Shown: positions 28,661 to 44,595 of the stretch, one piece after another
How the letters are laid out: each line of letters begins with the position of its first letter
Numbering within the stretch: the first letter of the stretch is position 1
NCBI GenBank assembly: GCA_964016885.1
Contig: OZ024747.1
Coordinates: 82,832,001-82,896,000 of the forward strand
Reading direction: 5' to 3'
DNA length: 64,000 bases
DNA from: Eledone cirrhosa
Lineage: Eukaryota
Notes under the pieces: model-generated
Told to the model about the DNA's origin: nothing
The model's input: the letters and a program-made list of their open reading frames with translations, nothing else
Database searches by the model: none
Position numbers and translations under genes: made by a program

Positions 28661-28661
28661 T

Positions 28662-28737
<76 letters not shown>

Positions 28738-28742
28738 GTATG

Positions 28743-28835
<93 letters not shown>

Positions 28836-28840
28836 GTATG

Positions 28841-28949
<109 letters not shown>

Positions 28950-29165
28950 ATACATACTTGCAATGTATTTCCTATATCAATCATATTACTACAATAAGAA
29001 GTTCGCCTTCTAATCACAAGGTCCTGGGTTCTAACCCTACGTATATATATATACTATTTTATCGTTAATCATTTCCAAGAGTCATCATAAACTATATGGT
29101 TTCTCTTATGCAAAACATATATTAAAATGCAAGTTTTCTCATTTATATGATTGTTTATATATCCA

Positions 29166-29264
29166 GTAATCTTGGTATATATAACATACCAATTATGGTA
29201 ATCTTGGTATATATAACATACCAATTATGGTAATCTTGGTATATATATAACATACCAATTATGG
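29166..29264. repeat. 32-bp tandem repeat x3
   Basis: gtaatcttggtatatataacataccaattatg. Confidence 0.92.
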
Positions 29265-30039
29265 ACTCTTAAAATAAACATGTTCAACGCTTTTGCCGAC
29301 ATTATTGACAGTTGTGGTCCAGTAATAAATAATTGTTTCTACTTTAGGCACGAGGAAAGTCAATTAAATCGACGCCAGTGCATTACTGGTACATTATTTT
29401 ATCGAGCCCCATAAAGATAAAAGGCAAAGTTAACCTTGACATGGCTTAAATGCCTTTAATAATATATGTAAATTCAATCAGGAGTGACCCGAGTGGGCTA
29501 AACAACAGCTTACAATACCGCAAAACTTATTTCTCCCTCTCTGTCCAAACACACGAGTGTTCCTGTTCTTTGACCAACTGAACAGCCTGCTCATGAAATT
29601 AACCTCTAAGTCGATAAGCATTCCACAAACATGTGTACCCTTAACGCAATTCTCAGGAAGATTCAGCGTGGCACAGTATGTGACAGAACTGGCTCTTTAA
29701 AGTACAGATAAAACACATTTTTGCCAGCTTTGGGGACTGGATCTGTGTGAAATAAAGTGCCTTGCTTAGGGACACAAAGTGCTTCTGAGAATCGAACTCA
29801 CGACCTCATGATTATGAGCGGAATACCTTAATCACTCAACCACACGCCTTCACACACTGAGAAATGAATAAAAGTAGAAGCACATAGAAACCCACATACA
29901 CAGTAACATACTACCAGCACCAATAACCTCATTAAGCTCCCTACCACCACCTTTCTCAAAACAGTGTCTATCATGTTACAAGCAAGCACATGTTATTAGT
30001 TTCAATTTGCGGCCACTATCAAGGTACAATTAAGTCAAC

Positions 30040-30487
30040 GAAGAAAGCTCCCACTACATTATCGCCCAGCTTGTTAGAAATAGCAGTCAAATCTCCTTTT
30101 AAATTAGACTCTAATCATTAGAGTCTAATGTCTTAAAAAAGAAAGGGCACTGAATAATGAAGTCCTATATAAATTAGATATATGTTCACCGCTAAAACAC
30201 CTTTACTCATAGACCTGTCCTGTTAGGGTTAACCTGGGGCTATACTATAACATAGTATACACAAGCCAATAAGGGAGACTATGTGATCACTCAAACTGCT
30301 AGAAATAGCAGCCAAATCTCCCTCGAATCACAACCTACTGTTTTGTAAAAGGTAAAAAAACGTATTCAATAAAAAGCCCTTGATAAAAATATAGAATAAC
30401 ATTGACAATAAATAAAACAGATTATCACAACCTGCAATGGTTTTGATCATAGGGCAGTCAACCAGACCTTTGGCAAAACAACAACAG
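30040..30487 (+). mobile_element. two tandem copies of a ~200-bp interspersed repeat
   Basis: ctgctagaaatagcagccaaatctcc...ttgatcatagg...ctaaacaac core; other copies at ~24700, 25230, 31680, 32090. Confidence 0.7.
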
Positions 30488-31000
30488 CGATGGGACTCGG
30501 TCGATGTCGACGATGAGTGTTCCAGTTGTTCGATGAAATTAAAATGTAAGTGGCTGAGCATTCCACAAATACATCTAACCGTAACCTAATTCCCAGGGAG
30601 ATTCAGCGTAACACAGTGTGTGACAAGGTTGGTCCTGTGAATTACCTGTACAGTCCATTCGACGAGTTTCCTAACAGTTTCCGTCTACCCAGTTTCACTC
30701 ACAAGTTAATCCGAGGTTAAGGTAAATGACATTTGACCAAGATGCTACACGGTGGGGTCGAACTCGGGACCTAATGATTGCGAAGCGAACCTCAACCATT
30801 CGGTCTACAACAACAACAACAACAACAAAAGCATGGTATAATATCAGGAAGAGTGGGAAGAAAAAAAGAACGTGCTTAGATTGCCGTACAATAGACCATT
30901 GTTGAGTTTTGTCAAGTAATGTGGAGTTGTGGAGCTGTGTATGGAACATGTGGACTATTGGATCTAGAAGAAGGTCGCTGCAACCAGACCGGCTTATATA

Positions 31001-31103
31001 CAGGGTGTCCCAAAAAAATATATACACACTTCAACAGCATTCTAATAAATATTGCCTGTACAGGTAATCAAATTGTGTATACATTTGTTTGTGGGTGAAC
31101 CTG
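31001..31103. mobile_element. Tc1/mariner-type MITE
   Basis: TA-cagggtgtcccaaaa ... gtgaacctg-TA; shares its interior with 12971-13047. Confidence 0.72.
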
Positions 31104-31218
31104 TATATCTTCGTGGCGAATCATAGTAGTAGGGGTAGGAGATCATGCTTCATCAGAGTTGACTCGAAGCGGGTCCGTCACCAAGGAATGGAGGTGAGGC
31201 CCTGGGTGATATTGCCCT

Positions 31219-31539
31219 CCACTCCCACCCCAGCTCAGCTACCTGACGACAGGCCTTACCAGCTCCCACCCACCCCGGCTTCCTGACGACGGTCCTTACC
31301 AGCTCCCACCCGCCCCAGCTACCTGACGACGGGCCTTACCAGCTCCCACCCGCCCCAGCTACCTGACGACGGGCCTTACCAGCTCCCACCCACCCCAGCT
31401 ACCTGACGACGGGCCTTACCAGCTCCCACCCACCTCAGCTACCTGACGACAGGCCTTACCAGCTCCCACCCACCCCAGCTATCTGACGACAGGCCTTACC
31501 AGCTCCCACCCACCCCAGCTACCTGACGACGGGCCTTAC
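31219..31539. repeat. GC-rich 40-bp minisatellite, ~7.5 copies
   Basis: Unit gctacctgacgacgggccttaccagctcccacccacccca. Confidence 0.95.
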
Positions 31540-33281
31540 AAGAAAGGGGAGGGACGAGATAAAACAACAACAGCTGTATGAGACAACACAAATAACGGTA
31601 ACAACAATATATGATTAACTACACAATTAATCGATTTTAACAGCAACAGTTACAACCTTAACAACAAGAGCGAACTAACGGGAGTGCCTGTGTATGGTAG
31701 TGCGGCCTGTTAGAAATAGCAGCTAAATCTCCGTCACATTACACCCGAAGTATTGCATAGTACTGTCCAAAATGTTTGGGTCACCATGGCCTCAATGTCC
31801 TTCAACAGATGTTTACTTAGTATTTTTTCCAACGCTCTACTGATTCTACCCACGTGACAATGTTTTTCTTAGGTTCCATGGACATAGGAGAAAGAAGAGC
31901 TGGCCACGATAGGGGGGAATGCCTTTAATCATAGGCCTACTTGATCAGGATTTACCGAGGGTTAAACACCGACAACAACTACTACTACGACAACTACTAC
32001 TAGTACTACTACTACTACTACTACTACTACGACATTGTTAACCATAACAGTTACAACAGGAGCAACATCACTAACAATAACAGCAACAGAGATGGGCTGT
32101 ATGTGGTCGCCCCGCTTGCTAGAAATAATAGTCTAATGTTTATCAAATCACACTCAAGCGTCCTTTAATTAAAGACACGAAGCAGTAAATATTAAAGACG
32201 TGGTGGTCAGGGACGGAGTGTCTTTGATCATAGGTCAATTCAATCAAGGATGACCCGGTGCTAAACAAAAACAACAAAATAACAGCAGAAAATAGTCATG
32301 ACTAAAAAAAAAATCTGGGGGAAAAAAAACAACAGAAACAACAACAACAGCAATAACAACACCAACAATAACAACAACAGCAGCAACAATAACAACAGCA
32401 GCAGCAGTAAACACTTCGACAGCGGAGAGAGGACGAATCAATTCCGACTTATTCAAGGATTTAACAAGAGTAGTAATAATGATGATGATGGTGATGATGG
32501 TGATGATGATGATTTACCTATTTGCCACCCGGACAACATGATGACAAACATTACAGTACACAACATTCACATTCACAAACTATAAATGGCACACATATAC
32601 ACACACATGCACACACACAGACACACGCTTTCTATCACTTACAAACATTCACACACACATATTTATACATAAACGCAAATGAAATCCATACAACAAACAC
32701 GCACGGACCGACGCACGCACACATACATTAATATAACAGATATATACCAATATATAAAATGTGTTATAACAATGATGACGATGGTGATGATGGTGGTGTT
32801 GGTGGTGGAGGTGGTGATTGTGGTGATGGAGATGGTGATGGTGGTGGTGTTGTCGGTGATGGTGACGATGGTGATGATGGTAGTGGTGGTGTTGGTGATG
32901 GTGGTGATGGTGGTGATGATGGTGGTGGTGATGATGGTGGTGATGATGTTTGTAGTGGCGGTGGTGTTGATGGTAGTGATGGTGGTGGTGGTGATGGTAG
33001 TAATGGTGGTGGTGCTGATGATGTTTGTTTCCTCTACATCAAATGACCAAGTAATGCTTCTACTTTTTTCTCTTTCCTTATATAGAAAAAAACCCATCGT
33101 TTATTTATATTATTTCTCCGCTATTTTCTCTTCTTTCATTTCTTTTCCGACATTGAGTTAACTCACACACACATACAAACCCACACACAGACATACACTA
33201 CACACACACACACACACACACACACTATACACACAATATACATACATGCATTATATATATATATAATATAATATAGAAATG

Positions 33282-33332
33282 GCTTCTACAGGACTTAGAA
33301 CTGTTTCATTCGGAAGAAATCATCAGGAAAGC
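33282..33332 (-). ncRNA. type I hammerhead ribozyme motif (family C, copy 2)
   Basis: tttc-CTGATGA-t-ttc ttcc gaa-t-GAAA-cag ttctaagtc ctg-TA^gaag. Loops differ from the 25032 copy while core and stems II/III are unchanged. Confidence 0.78.
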
Positions 33333-33380
33333 ACACACACACACACACTGTGGTTACCCCCGATTGAACCCGGGATAAAC

Positions 33381-33781
<401 letters not shown>

Positions 33782-34047
33782 ACACACATATACGCGTTTA
33801 CTGCTTTCGGGAAAGGTAGTCGATCGTATCGAACCAACACATATTTCTGTGTAGTACTTATTTTATCGATCATCGTGTGTCGTAACGCTTAGTTATTATG
33901 TGGCCTCAAGTAACTGAAAATAAACAATAAACAATAAACATACGGTAGCTGTACTTTTTCGCAAGGAACATATTTCACGAAGTTTTATATAAATTCATTT
34001 CTAAAAAATAGTGGGTGGAGGGCAGTGTTATCTTAGCAACAGGCACG

Positions 34048-34124
34048 GTGTGTGTGTGAGTGTGTGAGAGTGTATGTGAGTGTGTGTGTGTGAGCGTGTG
34101 AGAGTATGTGTGAGTGTGTGTGTG

Positions 34125-34156
<32 letters not shown>

Positions 34157-34475
34157 TATGTGTGTGTGAGTGTGTGTGTGAGAGTGTGTGTGTGTGTGTG
34201 AGAGTGTGAGTGTGTGTGTGTGTGTGTGTGAGTGTGTGTGAGAGTGTGAGTGTGTGTGAGTGTGTGTGAGAGTGTGAGTGTGTGTGAGAGTGTGTGAGTG
34301 TGTGTGAGAGTGTGAGTGTGAGTGTGTGAGTGTATGTGAGTGTGTGTGAGAGTGTGTGCGTGTGAGTGTGTGTGAGTGTGTGAGAGTGTATGTGAGTGTG
34401 TGTGAGAGTGTGTGAGTGTGTGTGAGTGCGTGTGAGTGTATATGTGTGTGTATGAGTGTGTGAGTGTGTATGTGG
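34048..34475. repeat. compound (GT/GA)n tract
   Basis: Direct reading. Confidence 0.95.
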
Positions 34476-34673
34476 GAGTTCCATGTAAAAGAATCATCTC
34501 TCTAAAGAACGGAACATTAACTGAAGAAATACTGAATAGAATTTAGTTTTACGAGGAAACGGTTGACGAACTGACTTCGAAGTTTAGCAAGCGATTGTTT
34601 TCACCAGACGTGTGTGTGTGTGTATGTGTGTCTGTGTGTGTGTGTGTGTCTCTCTGTGTGTGTGTGTGTGTCT

Positions 34674-34750
<77 letters not shown>

Positions 34751-35481
34751 CGCGTGTGTGTTAGGATTTCGTCATTTTACTAATAAATTCCTCCATTTCA
34801 ATTCGACATAATATTGGTATATAGACACTTGCCTAAGACAGAGTCGAACTGGGAACCATGTTGATAGCAGATCGTAATATTGTAACCACACAGCCATGCA
34901 TATATATGTGTGTGCGTGTGTTTATGCGTGTGTCTACTTGTATGCAGGTATAAACTTGTAACCACACACACACACACACACACACTGGTAACCGTGAGAG
35001 AGTCGGAGAAATTGTCTTGCGTTGTTCAGTAGTGCCTCTTTATGTTCTGAGTTCAAATCCTGTCGAGGAGTTTCACTTTTATCCTTCCGGGGTTGATAAA
35101 ATTAAGTACCAGTCATATACTGAGGTGAATTTATATGACTAATCCCACCTTGTTCCTATGTAAGAAATCCTATGTATATATGGATTGCTGGATGAATGTG
35201 TCAGTATTTATATATATGTGTGTGCTGAGTCTCAAAGTTATGTAACTCTACTCGTACGTAGATCTTAACGCGCACGCGTGTGTGCCAATTTATCTCAGTG
35301 TGTGTGTGTATGTGTGTGTGTGTAGCTGTGTGTTTGTATGTGTGCGTGCATGTGTGTACCCGTATCTGTGTAGCTGTGTGTTTTTGTGTGTGCGTGCATG
35401 TGCCTGTGTGTATCTGTGTGTGTGTGTGTGTGCATTCATGTGCCAGTGTGTACCCGTGTGTGTGCATGTGCCTGTGTGTAA

Positions 35482-35514
<33 letters not shown>

Positions 35515-35606
35515 TATGTAGCTGTGTGTGTGTTTTCGGTATATAAATACAGAATGAAAACAAAACAAAAACCAGTAGCAGAAATAATAAGCTTGATATC
35601 AGGAGG

Positions 35607-35650
<44 letters not shown>

Positions 35651-35756
35651 GGACAGACATACAGACACACAGACACACACACATACACAGGCTATATAAA
35701 TAGACAAACGTAATTACATCCTATAATAAATCAATAGATGGATTCAGGGACGGATG

Positions 35757-35799
<43 letters not shown>

Positions 35800-36137
35800 G
35801 GACAGACAGACAGACAGACAGACGGACAGACGGAGGGATAGATAGATAGGCAGATAAACACACATATATCATCATAACTAGAGAGAGAGTGGGTGAGAGA
35901 GAGAGTTGGAAGGGGGTAAGAGAAAGAGAGGGGGGTGGGAGAGTGGAGAGGTGTGGGAGAGTGGAGAGGGGTGGGAGAAAGAGAGAGTGGGGGATGGGAC
36001 GTATAGGGGAAGACTGATAGGCTGAGGAATATAGTGACGAGGTGTACATGTAGTGACCATGCCTGATAGATTTAGTATCGATATAGTTGTGTGTTGTTGA
36101 ACATAGAGAGTAAGGGTATATATATATGTATATATAT

Positions 36138-36195
<58 letters not shown>

Positions 36196-36254
36196 GAGAG
36201 AGTGAGGAGAGAGAGAGTGCGTCTGACGGCTAAATATATATAAATATATATATC

Positions 36255-36292
<38 letters not shown>

Positions 36293-36319
36293 CGTGTGTG
36301 TGTGTGTGTATTTATAAGG

Positions 36320-36495
36320 ATTTTTAATCTAGGCACAAGTGCAGCAATTTGTGACGAGAGGAAAGTTGATTATATCATCACTGGTACTTTATTTATCGAC
36401 CCCGGAAGGATAAAAGGAAAAGTTGACCTCAGCGGGATCTGAACTCAGAACAAACGTATTTTGTTCGTCCCTAACGATTCTATCAATCCACCACT
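36320..36495 (-). mobile_element. SINE family 1
   Basis: ctggtactttatttatcgaccccggaagg...gttgacctcagcgggatctgaactcag. Confidence 0.8.
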
Positions 36496-37809
36496 TTTTA
36501 GCAATAATAATAATAATATTGTTAATATGTTGTTGGCCACGGAGGGCGCATAGTGTTTAGGGGGGAATGCAAGGACGACAAACAACACAAAGTGGGGTTT
36601 AGTGGGTTTACATTAAATAAAGGGTAGAAAGAAATGGAATTTCTACAGCATCTCACGTTTATGTAGTTCAGCCCCCTGCCTCTTACGACGTTGCATCTCA
36701 TGAGAGGTTTCTCGAGTGTTTTAATGACGGGGACCCCATTCCTATCATGAACAGCAACGCGAAATGAAATGCCTTACACTCAAAAAGATAACGCGTCGCC
36801 TGGTCCAGGAATCAAACCCGCGATCGTGGGCTTGATTCTTGAGCCCAATACCCTAACTACTAGGCCATTCGTCTTCAAGGGTGACTCGACAAAAGGAGAA
36901 AAATAACAGTCAGTTATAACAATAATGATAATAAATAGGAATGATAACAAGGTGAAAAATTAATGTAACAAATAAAAACACCGGTTAATGACATGGCATG
37001 GCAGCGCAAAGATGAAATCACAAGTGCCGGGTTAAACTAGTAACAAGAGTAGCCTTTGCTACGTGCTCTGCATTTTCAAGGGCCTCATACTAAGTCCTTT
37101 TTTTTATATATAGTACTATACTTGCTTTAACCTTTATCTGACATTTCTTTTTAAAATTTAGAGCCCTTTTTTTTTAAATATATGCTACAGACCCTGCACT
37201 AACTTAAACCGGCACTGACATAGAGGTGTGTAAAAAGAAAAAAAATATTGCTTACCTAAAATCTGTCGAACATTAGCTGAAGCCACATAGAGTAGAAAAA
37301 TAAGTAAAGTCCGGGAGAGCATGATTGTTTAGGTTAATGATTACACCACTGCTTTCATGCATGTGTCTATATAGAACTCCGGGTGTGGTGCTCCTAGTGG
37401 TGTGTGATTATTATTACGCTGTGTGTTGGGTACGTTGGTACGGTATGCTGGTGCCTATATATAAATATACATACATTCATATATATATATATATTTATGT
37501 GTGTCGGTGTGTATGTGTACGTATGTGTGTTTGTGTGTTTATGTGTAGGTATTTATGTATGCACACTCGTGTGTATGTGTGTACGTATGTAATGTGTACT
37601 ACACACGCTTCAGTAGCGTTTCTCAATCAGAGATTTTGAGGAAACGCCACACCACAAGATGAAACTATGTGATGCAATTACACACATATACATACATAGA
37701 GACATATGCACACACATATATCAACTATGCAACTATATATATGAACATGTGCATGTACGTATATATACACATATATAAATATATGTCTGTGAACACACAC
37801 TATATATGC

Positions 37810-37906
<97 letters not shown>

Positions 37907-38012
37907 GTGTTTATATGTTTCGGTTACTTCTCTTCCTGTCTATTAATTATATATATATAATTATATTTATATATTGTAATCTGTATACCTTCCTACCTAC
38001 ACATACACACAC

Positions 38013-38085
<73 letters not shown>

Positions 38086-38134
38086 ATCTATATATAGATA
38101 TAGAATGTAAAAACACACGCAAGCAAAGATATAA

Positions 38135-38206
<72 letters not shown>

Positions 38207-38645
38207 AGAAGGACACTTATGATTATATTATATATTAATATATAAACATTTTATATATGTATACATATAACAACCATATATATATATATATATATAGATA
38301 GATATATATAGATATATATGTCTATGTATATATCTATAGATATATATAGATATATATGTCTATGTGTATATTATATATGTAGCTATATATAAATATTTAT
38401 ATTTTTTTTTTACCTGATTTTTCCTTCTCTTATTTTCCTTTATAATCACAAAAATAGCAACAAACATTGTAAAACACAGAAGATATACGATATTCCATCC
38501 TTCGTATTGGTCTCCTTACTTTTTTTTCTCCTCTTTTTTTTCCCCTTTTGCGTTGGCGGAAGATGAGAGGTTTCCAACCACCAGAAACATTCGTTGTACT
38601 GCCTTTCGGTGCTAACTATATATGTAAGATACATATACATACATA

Positions 38646-38730
<85 letters not shown>

Positions 38731-38775
38731 ATATGATTGTCGATCTATACCTTTATATATATATATGTATATACA

Positions 38776-38826
<51 letters not shown>

Positions 38827-38891
38827 TTGATAGATAAGATAGATAACTGAACAGGGTTTATGGGCTTTAAGAACTATATGTATGCGTGTAC

Positions 38892-38982
<91 letters not shown>

Positions 38983-39243
38983 ATATATACACGTGTAGAG
39001 AGCTAGCTAGGTAGATAGATCGATAGATAGATCGATAGGTAGGTAGATTGATAGATAGGTAGGTTGATTGATTGGTTGATTAGAGGAGAAGTTAAAGATG
39101 TAATAAGAAAGAAGAGTGAAATCCCTTGAAATTCTCAACGTAAACTAGCCTGTATTTCCCTCCGTGCTAACGCGTATTCCAACTCTTCTCCGTAACACTG
39201 TCGCAGTAATCGACACCGCCGCGCCACCTCCCTTCTCATACTA

Positions 39244-39401
39244 TCTATCTATCTCTCTCTCTCTCTATCTCTATCTCTCTCTCTCTCTCGCTATTTCTCT
39301 CTCTCTCTTTCTCTCTCTATCTCTATCTCTCTCTCTCTCTCGCTATTTCTCTCTCTCTCTCTCTCTTTCTCTCTCTATCTCTATCTCTCTCTCTCTCTCG
39401 C

Positions 39402-39459
<58 letters not shown>

Positions 39460-39478
39460 ACTCTTTTTTTCTCGCTAT

Positions 39479-39540
<62 letters not shown>

Positions 39541-39700
39541 GTATATATATATATCGCTACCTCTCTCGTTATCTCTCTCTCTCTTTCTCCCACTATCTCT
39601 CTCTCTATGTATATATATATATATATAGATAGATAGAGATAGCGAGAGAGGTAGCGAGATATATATATACCTCTCTCGCTATCTCTATCTTTCTCTTTAT
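39244..39700. repeat. (CT)n-rich tract with cgctatttct spacers and a local inversion
   Basis: Recurrent ctcgctatttctct; gatagcgagagaggtagcg (39638-39657) is inverted relative to its neighbours. Confidence 0.9.
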
Positions 39701-39819
39701 CTCTCTTTCTTCTCACTCACTCTCTTCTCATTTTTGTTATCCTTCCATCTTACTCTCTTTTATTTTCCTTCTTTTTATATATTGGTGTTCTCTCTCACGC
39801 ACTTTCAGCGTTTCTTTAG

Positions 39820-39852
<33 letters not shown>

Positions 39853-40193
39853 GTCACTCTCTCTCACTCTATCTATCTATCTAACAAACTAGCTATCTCT
39901 ATCTCTCGCTGTGGCTATCTTTCCTTCACACTCTTTCTTTCTCTCTATTTTTCTATTCGTGTCATCTCTCACACACTTTGATCATTCTCTCTTTCCTACT
40001 TTATTTACCAACCTACCTCTCTCTGCTATTCCCCTACCTCTCTCTCTCTTTCTCTCTATCTCTCTGCTATTTCTCACCTTCAGAACTCAATCTTTCTACT
40101 TTCCTTCTATTCTATCTCACCCTCTCTACGTCCATATCCTTCATTCATTCTCATTTCTTTTTCAATCGGTGATATCCCTTGTCCAAATTTAGT

Positions 40194-40246
<53 letters not shown>

Positions 40247-40409
40247 ACAGGAAAGACCAGGGTGCTGGTGCTATTGCGTCCCCTGCAAAAAAAAAAAACT
40301 GTCTCCCTCATCCCCAAGAAATATTAATGAGGTACAGTGTAAAAATATAGTTCGGTATCTTAATACCTTTCAATTTATATATATATATATATACATGTAT
40401 GTGTGTATG

Positions 40410-40457
40410 TGTGTGTGTGTCTGTATTTATGTAGGTATAAATATATATTTGTGTATA

Positions 40458-40510
<53 letters not shown>

Positions 40511-40539
40511 CTGTATTTATGTATGTATAAATATATATT

Positions 40540-40593
<54 letters not shown>

Positions 40594-40670
40594 TATATGT
40601 GTGTGTGTGTGTCTGTATTTATGTATGTATAAATATATATTTGTGTATATATATATATATATATATACAC

Positions 40671-40716
<46 letters not shown>

Positions 40717-40745
40717 CTGTATTTATGTATGTATAAATATATATT

Positions 40746-40750
<5 letters not shown>
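40410..40750. repeat. compound ~90-110-bp tandem unit x4 built from microsatellites
   Basis: gtgtctgtatttatgtatgtataaatatatatttgt recurs at ~40417, 40507, 40609, 40713. Confidence 0.9.
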
Positions 40751-40841
<91 letters not shown>

Positions 40842-41821
40842 TATATGTGTGTGTGGCGTTCTTTCTTCAACCGTTTCATTCACTTTCGACATCTTTACAG
40901 CTGTCACCAGTTTTATTATCACCACACCCGTTACCTCCACTCAGCCCACCACCTTATTCGATCCCGGAACCGACTGTTTACTGTATAACAACCGACATCT
41001 ATGTTAACCCTTTTCTTCACTTTCATTCAGGTACGCACAAACACTCTCTATCTCTCCCAGTCTCTGTGTGTGTGTATATATATATGTGTGTGCATATATA
41101 TATATATATATATGTGTGTGTGAGTGTGTGTGTGTGTGTATAGTTTATCGGTGTAAATGATGCTATATTGATAGCTCCTTCATACTCTTTATTTTTGCTG
41201 TATATACATAAATATATATATATGTGTATAATATAATATATATATATGTGTATAATATAATATATATATATATGTGTATAATATAATATATATGTATGCA
41301 TGTGTACGGACATACACTCATATATACATACACCAAAAATGTTTTGCGGGTGCATGCAACTATTTTGCACACTTGCGTAACAGTACAGTTTTGTTGAAGC
41401 ACTTGTATGTTTATGTATGTCTGTATGTCTGCGTGTGTGTGTGCGTGTATGTGTGTGTATGTATGCGTGTATGTGTATATGTGTGTGTGTGTGTGTCTGT
41501 GTACGCCGGGTGTTTGTATGGTAGTATTAGTCGTAGTAATAATTGTTTCTACTTTTGGCACAAGGCCAGCAATTACCCAGTGTATTACTGGTACTTTATT
41601 TTATCGACACCCGTAAGGATGAAAGGCAAAGTCAACCTCGGCGGGATTAATGGTGGTATATACGGGGTCTATAGTTCATACATGAACTTTAAGGAACGGA
41701 ATCGGTATCGCTGTATGAAGATTCGGTAGAAGCGCTCCAGCATGGCCTTTCAGCGTTGTGACGAGAACAAAACTAAATGCAAAAAAAAGAGTAAACCTTT
41801 AAAAAAAAGATATGCCTAGCT

Positions 41822-41885
41822 TCAGATTCAAACACAAGCTCACACACACACACAAAGGCACACACACACACACACACACACAAAG

Positions 41886-41946
<61 letters not shown>

Positions 41947-42520
41947 GGCACACACACACACACACACACAAAGGCACACACACACAAGCACATTCACATA
42001 AATTCCCATACAGACTCACACATACCTGCACTTTCAAACACAAGCTCACATACACACACACAAAGGCGTACACACACAAGCACATTCACATACATTCCCA
42101 TACAGACTCACACACACACATACACACAAAGGCACACACACACAAGCACATTCACATACAAGCTCACACACCCACAAAAAAAGCACATTCACATAGATGC
42201 ACATTCAAACACAAGCTCACACACACACACACACACAAAGGCGTACACACACAAGCACATTCACATATATGCACATTCAAACACAAGCTCTCACACACAC
42301 ACACACACACACAAAGGCACACACATACAAGCACATTCACATAGATGCACATTCAAACACAAGCTCACACACACACACACACACACAAAGGCGTACACAC
42401 ACAAGCACATTCACATACAAGCTCACACACCCACAACAAAAAGCACATTCACATACATGCACATTCAAACACAAGCTCACACACACACATACACACAAAG
42501 GCGTACACACACGAACATAG
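41822..42520. repeat. (CA)-based complex minisatellite
   Basis: Modules ttcaaacacaagctc, caaaggc(g/a)tacac and caagcacattcacata interleaved with (CA)n. Confidence 0.9.
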
Positions 42521-42719
42521 ACACTCACACAACCGCGCGCACACACAGACAACGCTGAAAAACAGAGAAGATTGTACGTTAGCTGTAGCAACGCGTAAGT
42601 TGAGTTCCTACATTAACAAGCACAGTTACTTGGAGGGCTGTAGAGAGAAAATAAATACATAGAATGCATAGAGGTGCAGATGCGATTAGGTAGCATGCGT
42701 AGGTGGGTGTGAATATTTG

Positions 42720-42750
<31 letters not shown>

Positions 42751-42859
42751 GGAGTTAGTTATATCCTAGAAACGATCGTAAAATGATGAATTTTTTAATA
42801 TAAGGAACTGTTTCTTTGTTTTTATTCATTATTTTTATTAATTTATATATATATATATA

Positions 42860-42958
42860 TAACGAAGGAAATGTGGTACGGAACCAGATGGACCATAACG
42901 CACCAAAGTACTCAATACTTAGGGTAGTAGAGTGGGTAATAGGAACGAGTAGGACCCC
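42860..42958 (-). mobile_element. family B element ending exactly at the predicted cleavage site
   Basis: aacgaaggaaatgtgg...aggaacgagtaggacccc, then unrelated sequence. Confidence 0.82.
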
Positions 42959-42959
42959 A

Positions 42960-43350
42960 TATTATAATAAATTGAAGTGAAAGCTACTGGTGCGTGTGTT
43001 TCTTATTGGCAACATGACCCTCCCACTTTGGGAGGGTCATGTTGCCAATAAGAAACACACGCACCAGTAGCTTTCACTTCAATTTATTATAATAAATTTA
43101 TAAATTTAGGAATTTATAAATTTCCGGTTAGTTGGTTGGTTCCACAACCAGATGATTGTTTATATATTGTCAAAGTTCTTTCGTCACACATTCTGTGACC
43201 TCTTCAGTGACTGCGGATTCTTTTCTTTGTTTTTTGTGCCTCTCCTTTGTTCTGTCCTACGCCATATATAAACAATCATCTGGTTGTGGAACCAACCAAC
43301 CAACCGGAAATTTATAAATTCCTAAATGACCCTCCCAAAGTATAACAATA
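42960..43350. mobile_element. nested fold-back element (family E)
   Basis: Near-perfect palindrome 42961-43092; inverted arms ~43103-43166 and ~43265-43328 enclose a hammerhead motif. Confidence 0.8.
43169..43211 (-). ncRNA. type I hammerhead-like motif (family E)
   Basis: gtca-CTGAAGA-g-gtcaca gaatg tgtgac-GAAA-g aa c-TT^tgac; good stems I and II, minimal stem III. Confidence 0.62.
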
Positions 43351-43418
43351 TCGGTTTCAACACACGTTTTCAGATAAAGAATCTTGCTAAACAAATTCAG
43401 AAACGAAATATATATATG

Positions 43419-43469
<51 letters not shown>

Positions 43470-43717
43470 TCAATACATTAACAGAGAAAGCTTTAAGCTA
43501 TACTCTGACTGGCTTCCATCTCATATATATGTGAATATATATATATATATACAAGTAAAATCGAAGGTTTGGCTGTGGCCAAGCAAAGTCGACCTACAAT
43601 TAGGAATGAGTAGCAAAAGCACTCAATAAGGGTAGGTCCTCAGAGTAATAACATTACGTTTAGATAGCTTGACAAATTGAAAATTGCGGCAGGCAAGACC
43701 CAACCATACAATACCAA

Positions 43718-43796
<79 letters not shown>

Positions 43797-44348
43797 GGTG
43801 AGTTAGCAGAGATGTTAGAACGTCGGATAGAATGCTTCCCGGAATTCGTTCCGGATTTTTGCGCTCAGAGTTCAAATCCTACTCAGGCCAACTTTTCCTT
43901 TCATATATTAGAGGTCGATAAAGAAAGTATCAGTCTTGTACTAGGGTCAATTCTCTCTCTCTCGAAGATATCCGCTCTATTCAGACATGGAAAGTGGTGG
44001 GACCTGCCATTAGAGGTCGATAAATAAAGCATCAGTAATACAATGGGGTCAATTTAATTGACTTTCCCTTTCCCAAAAATTGTCGGCCTTGCGCCTAAAT
44101 CAGAAGCCATTTTAATATTGTTATTATTGTTAGGGCAGTTTAATGACAGTATCGGTAGAGCGTCGGACACCATGCTTCGCGGAACATGGTCACGACACCA
44201 GTGACGTCGAACTTATTTCTGCAGCTGAGTAAACTGGAACAACGCTTCACCCGGTCCGCGAATCGAACTCACAACCTTCCGATTGCAAGCCCAATGCTCT
44301 AACCACTAAGCCATACACCTTCACCCACACACACACACACACACACAC

Positions 44349-44398
<50 letters not shown>

Positions 44399-44550
44399 AG
44401 GGAAAGAGAGAGATCAGTAGTAATGACTGTCATAAAAGTAAGTACTCAATGCCATAGTATAGGATAATGCTTTTATTTAATATCGTGTCCGTGGTCTATT
44501 ACACTGAAGTTTACCCGGTATACTTTCAGGTTCATCAAACAGTTCAGCCC

Positions 44551-44595
<45 letters not shown>

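Noticed and set aside
31120-31540. Hammerhead cores from CTGATGA (minus, ~31150) and CTGACGA in the 40-bp repeats
   Set aside because: No downstream GAAA/stem III/NUH arrangement.
44490-44545. Hammerhead on the minus strand (TTGATGA-acctg..cgggt-AAAC)
   Set aside because: Two invariant core positions are missing; at most a decayed relic, so not called.
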